DNA from: Dendrobates tinctorius
Taxonomy: Eukaryota
Direction: 5' to 3'
Length of the DNA: 64,000 nt
Assembly (NCBI RefSeq): GCF_039654945.1
Contig: NW_027361754.1
Coordinates: 61,938,001 to 62,002,000 of the forward strand
The position numbers were made by a program, and so were the translations under genes. Below the pieces are notes generated by a model, which did no database searches, had not been told where the DNA came from, and saw only the letters and a list, made by a program, of their open reading frames with translations. Positions 1 through 11,529 of this stretch are shown here, in pieces; positions within the stretch are counted from its first letter, which is position 1; each line of letters starts with the position of its first letter.

Positions 1-1929
1 CAATGTGTGTGTACATGAGATTTATGAAATCTCATAGCTTTTGCTGGTAGTGTAAAACGCAACTTAAAATTTGCCCCCCAAAAATGAAGCAAAAACGCAA
101 CGTGTGAACATAGTCTAAATATCATTTACATCAGTTTTTTCTTATAAACACAAGTTTATACATGTGGATTAGAGCTGCACATGACCTGAGGTCTACAGAG
201 TCCTAGTACAGCACCTGTAGTGGTCCTGCCATAGGCTTCTGATTTTATACAGAAGCCTGCAAATTATTCTTCCTTCACATACTAATAGTAGAAGAAAAAA
301 AAACATGTGCCTCCTTTTAGAAAAATTCACATGTGAAAGTGAGCGCTGCACTCAGTAATTATCAAAGGAGTATTGTACAGTACAGGCCATTCCACAGATG
401 TTGGCTTTCAGTCTGTGCTCTTCAGGGGTCCCAGTTATAACACATCTGTAAATCAAGGTCCAAGTACTGATTGTGATATAGAGACTGACCGCAGTATCTC
501 CTAACCCAAAACAAAACAGCTCAGTGGCATAATTAGAAGTAATGGCCTTAGTATTAGACTAGAGCTACACAGCGATACGTGTCCTGCAACATTGAGAGCA
601 TGCTGTCACATGGGGATATTGCATCTAATGATTTCCTACCTGCAACTTACTGTAACACAGAGTTGCAAATGTTTCTGTATCCCTCTACAAGGATCATTAA
701 TAAATATTTGAAAAAGAAGAGGGTCCAACACTGACTCCTATGGTCTCCTACTATTAACTATGACCCAATGAGGATGAGTTCCATTAAAAGCTACCCTCTG
801 TTTCCTATCACAAAGCCTGATGTTAACCAAGTAACCCATCATATAATGGTAGGGTTGGAAGGGACCTCCAGGGTCATCATGTCTAACCTCCTGCTCAATA
901 CAGGATCTATTTTTCCCTAGTCCTATGTCTTTCATTTTATATATCAACCTGTCTAGTATATATTTATATATATTTTACAGGAATATTGCAGCTTTAACAT
1001 AGTCGTGTGACAGCATGACACAGACAAGTGACCGATTCCAACAGCTAGTCTTCCAGGAGGGAAAATTTTTACCAACAGATTTTAGTACTGTCAAGTACAA
1101 GATGCTATTTTAGAAAATACATTAATCAGCCAAAGTGATATATAATCATAACATTATCCATCAACAGCAGCATTAAACTAAAAAAAAAATATAATACAAT
1201 AATGCTACTTTTTGTAATGGAGGTTTGCTATTTTGCATGCATGTCACTAACTGCCACTACGGTAGTTAATGAATAACTCTATTCAGTCAGAGTAATTGCA
1301 GCGGAGATCTCCGGGTCAGAGGCCCCTCTCCTGCCGGTTGCTACACTTCTGTAAAATGTGACCTGTACTAAAGTCGCAGCAATCATCTTGTCATACAATG
1401 TCTCCTACGGCCTTTGGCCTGTCTTTCCCACATAACTCAAATGTTGAGTCATCCCACGATCAGAACCTATGTGCATTAATACATTACCAATGCATTCTCA
1501 CTGTCTGATCACCCACTGACCAGGATGGTCCATAACTGCCTGCCCGATAATGGAAAGGTGCAACGGTGTGTGCACCTAAACCCCAAAATAAACCCTTAAT
1601 ACAAGAGATGAGAGAATCAATTCACAGAACCCAGGTCCAGGTCAGTATTCAGTCACCATTGGACAGGAGGCCTGTAATCGCCTATTACATGACGGCATCC
1701 ACAGCTCTTCTGTAGGTTAGCCAGGCTGGTGCAACGTCGGGTGTGTGTCACGCCGAAATGATGCTGTCACACCAGCTTGGCTGATCAAAAGCAGAGCCAT
1801 GGATGCTGTCACATAAGAGACGATTTGCAGACCTGTCCAGTGGTCATGGAATACTGCCCTGCTGCCGTTGTCATGCATAATCAATTTTCTTATCTGTACC
1901 CACCTGATGAGCAATCCTAGTGGACTAAA

Positions 1930-2333
1930 GGCCCTTTTACATTTAGCGATGCACCAGCGATCCGACCAGCGATCCTACCCGGTCAGGATCGCTGGTGCAT
2001 CGCTAAATGATCGCTAGTGAGCTTTCACACAGAAAGATCTCACAGCGATGCAGCAGCGACGCAGCGCACGATACTTACCTTTCACACACAGCGATCCTGC
2101 ATCCTCCCGCCAGCATCCAGCGTCGCTCGTCGTCACAGCAGGAAGTCTCAGCAGGAAGCGCCCGACGAGAAATGGAGCCGGACATTCTCGCGCGATCAGC
2201 GATGGACAGCAGGGGAGCCGGTCGTTGGTAAGTATCACACATAGGGATATCGCTAGCAATATCGCTATAACGTCACAAAACCGGTGACGTTTTAGCGATA
2301 TTGCTAGCGATATCGCTTAGTGTAAAACCCCCT
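1930..2333. mobile_element. Non-autonomous PIF/Harbinger-like MITE (AGCGAT-rich family), copy 1
   Basis: Imperfect TIRs GGCCCTTTTACA...TGTAAAACCCCC; repeated AGCGAT/ATCGCT motifs; related copies at ~20219-20633 (inverted) and ~54746-55010. Confidence 0.65.
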
Positions 2334-4129
2334 TAACATACTAGACATTCAGTGAATTAAGGTTAATTAGGTTTTCTAGTCTAAGAAGATAAATCTGAAA
2401 TCACTCTATTTAGCCTCTGTAGTGAATTACAAGGGGGATATATTTGTATATCACCGCTGCCACCAATTGTCACGCACCCACTTACCAGCACGTAGGTTAG
2501 GGTTGCGCCTGCAAGGGTTAATCTATCTCCACTCACTCAGTCCAGCATCCAACCTCTGTCCTGTGCTGCAATAGGAGCATAAATCGCACCCCGACACAGA
2601 CCACACACCCCGTTTCATACACGCGGCCACCACTCACCGAATACACAGGCGATGAGTCCCAGAAATATTACTACTACCATCTGCCAATCACCAGGAACAA
2701 ACACCTTAAGGCTATGGATTCTTTAGAGCATACAAGGTTCAGACTTATTAAAGTTTTAAGCTTTAATTTAAAAAAAAAAAAGGACAGTGCTTACATTAAA
2801 AAGGATATCAAAATGGAAATAAAAAGTGACATACAAATATGCAAAAACAGTGATAAAATAAAAGGAGAAAACGTACAGAAATATCAAACTTTGCAGTCTG
2901 GTATTCTGTACCTGAGGGAGGGGGAAATATGAAAATATGAAATGGAGCACATCAGCTGTCCATGCTGCCCTCACATGTGAACATCTTTCTTTGTGTGTAG
3001 GCCTAATTTATAGACTTAGCCCAGAGATCAGATTGCTAGACTAGCCTCTCATGTCAATATTCTAATTGCTGGTTTGTGACTGGACCATGGCGACTCTGCC
3101 AATGAATACATTATTTTTCTCTGAAACTCTTTGTGTAACCTTTCTCATAGATAGATAGTGTCAGGCTGTAATTGGCATCTCTCTTCAAAAGAGCTGGAAG
3201 GTGTGAAATGTTTCCACTTTGTGGTTCTCAGTAAAGCCCCCTGGTGAGATTGGAGACAGGAGACTGCCTTCTCAGGATAACATATGCTGTGATCCCTGTG
3301 AGACCTGCAGCCTAGAGCAGATGTTAATTACTGCCAGTCAGACACCCATACCTATACATATTTATTTATATATATTGCCGGCGGCAGTGCTGGGTATTGA
3401 TGCGAGAGACTCGTGCAAATTTCTTGCATTGCACTCGCAAGTGTGACTCCAGCCTTAGACAGGACAATCCCTTGAACCCTACACATTAAACTAAGGTGAT
3501 TGCAAAACTGTACATCAAGATTGTCCATGGGCTGACTGGTGCACCCCAGCAGCCGGACAGACTACACAGACCCCTCGTTACACTGTCATAACGGAAGGCT
3601 CTTACTAAACCCTCCACAGCCTGTGCTGAAAAATCTGCTGCAAATCATCATTTGGAATTAACAACACATTTTATCTCCTGAACATTAATACAAAAATTCA
3701 CAAGTTGCATCTTTGGGGTGGATACACTGCTTGGATTTGGGTGCAGAATTCATCATATCTAATCTAGACATAGCAGATTTTTTCAGTTCAAATTGACCTG
3801 CGGTTTGGCTTTTCAAATATTCAGCACGTCAATTCTTAGTGTGGATTCAGCGTGGATTTCAGCTTTTGCAATAGAAAAATGAAACCTGTATCAAATCTGC
3901 ATAAATCATGCAGCGTTTTAGACGTGAAAATGAAAAATCCGCACCAAATATGCAGCGTGTGAACTTACGTTGCGGTTTTTGTTGCAGCAATTTCTGCTGT
4001 TGAATATTGGTTCCATTCAACTGATGGGATTTTCTTTTCAGATGGATGCTACAGTTGCAGAGATAAGGGGAAAAAAATCAGCAGCAAATAAGCAAAGAGT
4101 GATCACATCGTAAAATGGGGTGAAATCTG

Positions 4130-6802
4130 TACTGTAAATCCACAACAGAAATGGACGGGCAATGTTCCCACGGAAAGTAATTCGTGCAATCAGCTGCAGC
4201 ATAATATGACATCAGTTGTTCGCAAATCTGCAGCTCATACATTCATGCCATGACTCTTTTTGCTGCTTGTTCATGAGGTTTCTTAAAATCTCATGTGTAT
4301 GCAGCCAACGCAGTTGAAAATCCACGCTGTTTTGATGCGGATTTCTCTGTGGATTTGCAAGCTAAATAAAGATATATTATTTAACAAAAAAAAAGAATTG
4401 TGATGTCATTTCCTTGTCCAACCTCTTATTTTACATTCTACATTGAAGACCATAATATCATTACATACTATGCACAAATATAATTTAATATAAGTGAATA
4501 TGTATTTATACTGTATATATATGTATGTGTCAGCCAGATACCCTCATTATTAATATGGTACATAAAGAGTTAAATAAAAGACACACACGAAATTTGTGTG
4601 AAGTGCAATGTCTGGTTTTCAAAAAAAATGTTTAGAAAAATTTGAGTGGGCTCCCGCATAATTTTCATAACCAGCAGAGGGAAAGCCGACGGCTGATACT
4701 AATATTCTGGGAAGAAGCCAATAGGCATAAAGGTTCCCAGACTATTAATAGCAGCTCACAGATGTTTGCTTAGCCTTTACTGGTTAACTTACTGGGGAAC
4801 CTCAGAAAAAAATGGACATGGGGTCCCCCTACAAAATCGAACCAGCAGAGGCTAGGCAGACAGCTGCGGGCTGATATTAATAGCCTGGGAAGGGGCCATG
4901 TATATTGGCACCCCCCAGGCTAAAAACATCAGCTCTCAGCCGCCCCAGAAATTGCACATCTTATAGATGCACCAATTCAGGCACAAAGCCTCGCTCTTCC
5001 CACTTGCCCTGTAGCGGTGGCAGGTGGGGTAATATTTGTGGGGTTGATGTCACCTTTGTATTGTCCGGTGACATCAAGCCCGTGGATTAGTAATGGAGAA
5101 TTGTCAATAAGACACCCATTACTAATCCTATAGTTGTATGGTAAATACACAGCCAGAATAAGTCCTTTAATTGAAATATCACACAGATGCCTTTATTGAA
5201 TCTTAATTTGGGACTATACACGTGCTGCGCCAATTCTTTGGAATGCACTTCCCAGGTCAATACGATTAGTCCCTAATCCCCACAATTTTAAGCGTGCCCT
5301 GAAAACGCATTTATTCAGACTGGCCTATCGCCTCAACATATTAACCTAATCTATCCCTGTGTGGCACAGCCAAAAGTTTTTTACCATAACCAGGTTCCCC
5401 GCATCATGTTCCCACATGCTTTATGCATCCATTAGCCCTCTGCATCTGTACTGTTACACACTTAACATTATGGCTGGTCCATACAATCAGGGCAACTGTT
5501 ACCACCCACCTTTCGTGTCTACCTCTTTCCTCATAGACTGTAAGCTTGCGAGCAGGGCCCTCATTCCTCTTAGTATCTGTTATGATCTATGTGATTATTG
5601 TTATGCTGTAATGTCTATTGTCTGTACAAGTCCCCTCTGAAATGTAAAGTGCTGCGGAATATGTCAGTGCTATAGAAATAAAATTTATTATTATTAATTA
5701 ACCATAATTACTGCATCGCCTAATCCCTGACTCCCTCATCTCCTGCAACAAAATTAAAATGAAAAACCCACACAAATACTCCCTGTCCGACGTAGTCCAT
5801 TTTCTGAGTGTCCCATGACAATCTCACATGTAAAACAGTTACATCGGGAGATGTGATCGTTTTACATGGCCTCCGGTGATACAGTGACAGGAGGTAATAT
5901 CTCCTGCAGTGTATCACTGAGAGATCACCAGAGTTCGTGCTCTCACTTTCTCACTTTACGGCACTACCGCTGTGAGAGAATTTTCTCACACAGCAGTGCC
6001 GCAAGTGACAGCACAAACTCAGGTGACCTCTGATGGCGGCGCAGTGATACACTGTGGGAGGATCACCTCCTGACAGTGTGTCACCGGAGCCCGGGTAGAG
6101 TAGTCACATCTCCCAATGTGACTGTTCTACCTGTGCGATCGTTATGGGACACTCGTTATTAAATGGACTACGGCGCAAAGGTATATATATATGTTGGTTT
6201 ATTATTTTATTTTTGTTGCAGGAGATTGAGGGCATCAGGGATTAGGTGTTTAGTGAGTATGAATGTGTTTTTTTGTTGTTTTACAATTGAACACAGTCGC
6301 CAGATGATGGGACAACTGTCCCATCATCGGCTCATGCGGTCACTGTAGCAGACATAGCTGGATGGGAGTAGTAGTCTCATCAGACGATGCCTGGCTACAC
6401 ACAGACACTCGCAGACACCTGCAGACACGCCCATATTCTCCGCCCACACACAGTCTCCGCCCACACACAGTCTCCGCCCACACACTCTTCCTCCTTCCTT
6501 TTCCACAGTGTTTTTGGCATGCAAATCCGCAGACCATTTTACACCTGCGGTTTAGCTGCAGATTTGACTGACTCATTGTAAGTCAGTGAGTGCAGAAACG
6601 CTGCAGATCCGCAAAAAGACATGACATGCTGCGGAAAATAAAACGTTGTGAATCCATGCAGAATTTTCCACAGCATGTGCACCCCAATTCTAGATTCCCA
6701 TTGGTTAACATTGCTTGAGCACTTCTTTGCGGACCTGGTGCAAATCCGCACGGAAAAAACGCTGCGGATCTGCGACAAACCCGCAACATGTGCACATAGC
6801 CT
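4130..6802. mobile_element. Large non-autonomous DNA transposon (Harbinger-like), left boundary uncertain, interrupted by an L2 fragment
   Basis: Right end CATGTGCACATAGCC followed by TTA; GCGGAT/ATCCGC-rich subterminal motifs; internal inverted repeat ~5770-6180. Confidence 0.4.
5221..5697 (+). mobile_element. L2 LINE 3' fragment
   Basis: RT C-terminal-like sequence followed by tail TGTAAAGTGCTGCGGAATATG...AATAAA..(ATT)n, same tail as 18577-18630. Confidence 0.75.
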
Positions 6803-6923
6803 TAAAATTCCCACAGCAAGTGAATTTCCGTGGAAAAAGAATTCCACAGGGTGTGGATGGGATTTCTTCAAATCTCATCAAAAAGGTAATGTTTTCAGAG
6901 CAGAAACTGACATGCAATAATGT

Positions 6924-6977
6924 CTGTAAAGCGCTGCGGAATTAATGGCGCTATATAAATAAGTAAAATAAATAAAT
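6924..6977 (+). mobile_element. L2 3' tail remnant
   Basis: TGTAAAGCGCTGCGGAATTAATGGCGCTATATAAATAA matches the L2 tails elsewhere in the window. Confidence 0.6.
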
Positions 6978-6984
6978 GCTGTAG

Positions 6985-7712
6985 ATTTAAAACACAAAAA
7001 AATTCACCCCATTTTTCCCCATAAAAAATAAAACAATGGAAAAAAAAAAAAAAAAACATGCGGTATTTGGAATCACTGCTTTCGTAACAGTCAGATCTAT
7101 AAAAAATCTAAAATATCTGATATGACATATGACGTAACAAGAAACAAAATAATTAAAACGCCCGAACTATGGTTTTTTTTTTTTGCAGGGGTAAAATTGC
7201 AATAAAATGAGATCAAAACATCGTATCTGCCCAAAGTGGTATCAGTAAGAACATCTGCTTGGGGTGCAAAAAGTAAGTCCTCACACAGGTCTATATTCCG
7301 AAAAATGAAAACGTTACGGGTCGCGGAAAATTTTGACTTGTAAAATGTTTTTTGACCATTTAAAAAAAAAACCCCAACAAAACTATACGTTTGGTATCTG
7401 CGCACTCGTACCGACCTGTAGAATCATATCTCTAGGTCAGTTTTACCATATAGTGAACATGATAAAAAAAAAAACAAAAAACAATTTTTTGCAATTTCAA
7501 AGCACTTGGATTTTTTTTTTTCCCCGCAGTCCAGTGCATCACCTGATAAAATTAATAACGTCGTTCACAAGTACAACTCGTCCCGTAAAACAAAAAACAA
7601 TAAAAAACACAAGCCCTCATACATATGGCTGTGTGGATGGAAAAAAAAAAAGTTATGGTCTGGGGGGGAAAAAGTGGAGGAAAGAACTAAAAATGACAAG
7701 TTCCTGAAGGGG
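6985..7712. mobile_element. Right part of a TTAA-type (piggyBac-like) non-autonomous element
   Basis: Ends in GAAGGGG|TTAA; shares motifs (AAGTACAACTCGTCCCG, CGTACCGACC) with 9917-15475 and 59303-60505. Confidence 0.55.
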
Positions 7713-7994
7713 TTAAAGTGAACCAGACAGCTGATTTAGGGCCGCAGTTATGGGTAACATGCAATTCCAATCCCCCCAAAATTTGGGCCACTGTGTAGAA
7801 GTAAAGAAAACAAGAATGCAAAGGTCAATGATATGGAGATCTCTTATTGACATATTTTATCCACAACATGTGACAGAATGTGACACTAACGACAGCCAGA
7901 AGGGTCAGTCATGTCCCCCATCATGTTTCCCCCTACACAAGCAGCCAACAGCTCCCCCCTCCCCTCTGACAGCACCAGCACGCGCCATAAGCAT

Positions 7995-8240
7995 GTCACG
8001 TGACCTTCTGACGTCAGTCATACATCACGTGGTCATACACCCCTCTTCCCTTACCTGAAGAAAAAAAATCACATTTGTAGTACTGGCAAAAAAAAGAAAA
8101 AAAAAGTAAAATATTACAAAGTCGGTGATTTTCAAATCTTTACTTATGTAAAGAATTCTTTCTCCGCTGGAGAATAAATTCGGCTCAATTTAATGGGATA
8201 TGGATTGTCCCGTTGCCCTAATCAAAGATGGCTGCCGGGG
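7995..8240. promoter_or_regulatory. C1orf50 promoter, possibly bidirectional
   Basis: GTCACGTGAC E-box/CLEAR-type (7995-8004), TGACGTCA CRE (8009-8016), CACGTG (8026-8031), YY1-like AAGATGGCTGCC (~8225-8236) just upstream of exon 1. Confidence 0.6.
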
Positions 8241-8308
8241 TTTCAGGATTTCTAGCAGGCGGTGGGGTCAGCTGGAGTGTTCACACAGAGAAAAGAGCAG
8301 CGAGCAAC

Positions 8309-8339
8309 ATGGAGAGCCGCAGCCAGCATGTCACTACAG
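8309..8339 (+). CDS. C1orf50: C1orf50 homolog, coding exon 1 (MESRSQHVTT-V; in-frame upstream ATG at 8228)
   Basis: AACATGG Kozak context; CAG|GTATTC donor; phase-1 join G+TG=Val fits the exon 2 acceptor; promoter motifs adjacent. Confidence 0.7.
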
Positions 8340-8780
8340 GTATTCCCTGTGTGTATGGGGATATATATACATATATATATATGGATGTGTGACTCTCACT
8401 ATAGACATGCTGCAGCCAGCACTGGTTCTATATGATAACTGCACAGCTACAAGTTATGTAATCTCACTTTCACTAGACCGCCCCTTTATCACCTGTCCAC
8501 ATTATTAGGGGGTCTGACTGCTGATACCTGCACAGGCCACTTTTCTCCCTGTTAGTGGTGCTGCCCATTCTCAGGCGGTGCGCCCATGCACAACCGCTAC
8601 TCCATTTATTCTCCATAGGACTGTCAGGTGCTGAGCTCAGCTGCAGTCAGGCGGGCAGCATCCGACATCTCCATTTTGTAAGGAGGATCCAAGTTTCTTG
8701 TTGAGCATAATAATTCCCCAATCTGCCGATCAGTGTGATCGCCTACCTCATGACTTGTTTTTAATGGACGAACCCCCATA

Positions 8781-9573
8781 TAGGAATCTGTCACCACGTT
8801 TAAGCGATCTGCGCTATTAATATGGACATACAGGTTGTATAATGCTGTATCTAGTCCGATCTCTGTGCCTCACGGATGATGCTGTCCTGCGCATTCCGAC
8901 CTCCGTCGCTCCTCTTCACCGTTCTACCCTTCTGTAGCCGTGCAAATGATTCTTGCTATGCAGGGCGGGAGGAAGTTCGGAGTTCTCTTTTCCTGTGCGC
9001 CGGAGAAAACGGGCAGCGGAAGTTCGGCAAAGTTCACACGTTCAGTATTTGGTCAGTATTTTACCTCAGTAATTATATGCGAAAACCAGGAGTGGGTGAA
9101 AAATACAGAAATGGTGAGGTGTTTCTATTATACTTTACCTCTGATTGATCCTCTCCTGGTTTTGGTTTACAAATACTGAGCTAAAATACTGACCAAATAC
9201 TGAACATGTGAACGTGGCCTTACAGTGACTCTCTGACGCCTGAGCAGAACAAAAGTGAAGCCAATAGCCGTGGCAGGGCGGAACAGTGAAGGGGGGAGTG
9301 AGGGCAGTTGGAAGGCGCAGGTGAGGGATTCCGCAACCGACATCACAGGAATACAGTGATGAGAGGGGGAGAGAAAGATAGGATAATGAGCGAGGAGGCA
9401 GCATTCTCTTTTGGGAGGGGTCTGCCCCAGAGCCTGGAAGAACTCATTTACATAAAGCCCTAAAAGATGATTTTTCTACAACAAGACATCATCCATGAGG
9501 CATACAGGGAGGACTACTCTTAGCTGTCAACAACCTGTATGCCCATACTAATGGATGTGGTGACAGATTCCCT
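8781..9573. mobile_element. T2/Kolobok-type MITE with nested Harbinger-like MITE (~9026-9218)
   Basis: GGAATCTGTCACC...GGTGACAGATTCCC termini; inner palindrome GTTCACACGTTCAGTATTTGGTCAG...CTGACCAAATACTGAACATGTGAAC. Confidence 0.6.
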
Positions 9574-11389
9574 GTAAAGTGGATCATCCATCCTTAGCTG
9601 TCTATATGGGCATGTAGGTCATAGGAAGCTGAATGACTTGCTACCTCGATAGCTGAGATCTGATGTTTTATTCCAGAGATATCTACGCTTTTCTTAGTAT
9701 TTAAATGAGCTGTTAAGATCTCAGGGCTGGACATAGATCTCCAAGAGAATCCCCTTCCAGAGCTTTTTATAAATGAAACGTGGTATTGCCAGCGGGAGAC
9801 ATGTAGATCAGGAGAGCAGACTATCAGTCATTACATGCCTCACACTGGCAACGCCTCAGTTACTTAGGGAGATCTATGTCCGGCCCATAGATCTTAATCG
9901 CTCATTTACATATTAACCCCTTCCTGACATGAGACGTACTATCCCGTCCACGGTACCCGGGCCCGTATGACCGGGGGACGGGATAGTACGTCTACCGCGA
10001 TCAGCGGCGCCCACTTGGTGAGCGCCGCTGATCGCGGCCGGGTGTCAGCTGATTATCACAGCTGACACCCGGCACAATGTGTCAGGGGCGGTCACGGACC
10101 GCCCCCAACACGTTAACCCCTTGCACACCGCGATCAAACGCGATCGCGGTGTACCGGGAGTTAAAGGGAAGCATCGGCAGGGAGGGGGCTCCCTCCGTGC
10201 TTCCCTGAGCCCCCCACGGCAGCGCAATGTGCAGCGCTGCTGCGGGGGACTCCTATCCTCCAGGCCCCCGAATCCAAGATGGCGACGGGGGCCTTCGGGG
10301 GCCTGGGGAAGCTGGCTTCCTCAGTGCCTGCAAAGCGCAGGCATGAGGAAGCCTTGTGCACTGCCTGTGACAGATTGCTGATCTGTCACAGTGATCTGTG
10401 ATGTGACAGATCAGCGATCTGTCACAGGACAGTGATGTCCCACCTGGGACTATGTAATAAAGTAAAAAAAAATTAAAAAAAAAGTGTAAAAATAAATTAA
10501 AAAAAATCGCCAAATAAATTAGTAAAAAAAAAAAAAAAATATTCCCCAATAAATTCATTTTTTTAAAATAATAAAAAAAAACAATAAATGTACACATATT
10601 AGGTATCGCCGCGTCCGTAACGACCTGCCCTATAAAACTGTCCCATTAGTTAACCCCTTTAGCGAACCCCTTAAAAAATAAAAATAAAAAACGAAGCAAA
10701 AAATAATGATTTATTATCATACCGCCAAACAAAAAGTGCAATAACGCGCGATCAAAAAGACGCATATAAATATCCATGGTACCGCTGAAAACGTCATCTT
10801 GTCCCGCAAAAAACAAGCCGCCACACAGCATCATCAGTGAAAAAATAAAAAAGTTATAACTCGCAGAATAAAGCGATGCAAAAATAATTATTTTTTATAT
10901 AAAATAGTTTTCATTGCATAAAACCGACAAAAACATAAAAAAACGACCTAAATGAGGTATCGCTGTAACCGTACTGACCCGAAGAATAAAACCGCTTTAT
11001 CAATTTTACCGCACGCGGAACGGTGTAAACGCACCCCCCCCCAAAAGAAATTCATGAAACGCTGGTTTTTGTTCATTCTGCGTCCCAAAAATCGGAATAA
11101 AAAGCAATCAAAAAATGTCACGTGCCCGAAAATGGTACCAATAAAAACGTCAACTCGTCCCGCAAAAAATAAGACCTCACATGACTCGGTGGGTCAAAAT
11201 ACGGAAAAATTATAGCTCTCAATATGTGGTGATGCAAAAACTATTTTTACAATAAAAAGCGTCTTTTAGCGTGCGACAGCCGCCAAACATAAAAACCGCC
11301 ATAAATAGTAAATCAAACCCCCCGTTATCACCCCCTTAGTTAGGGAAAAATAATAAAATAAAAAAAATGTATTTATTTCCATTTTTCCA

Positions 11390-11500
11390 TTAGGGTTAGG
11401 GCTAGGGGTGTGTTGGGGTAGGGTTAGGTTAGGGTTAGGGTTAGGGTTAGGGTTAGGGCTAGGGTTAGGGCTAGGGCTAGGGTTAGGGCTAGGGTTAGGG
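11390..11500 (+). repeat. Interstitial telomere-like (TTAGGG/CTAGGG)n tract inside the transposon
   Basis: Run of TTAGGG units with CTAGGG variants read directly. Confidence 0.9.
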
Positions 11501-11529
11501 GCGTGTTGGGGTTCGGGTTGGAGTTAGAA

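Noticed and set aside
2418-3278. Possible solo LTR (TGT...ACA)
   Set aside because: No matching TSD or second copy; boundaries not defensible
11390-11500. True chromosome end or fusion site
   Set aside because: Short, single orientation, degenerate and enclosed in a TTAA-flanked element within an intron
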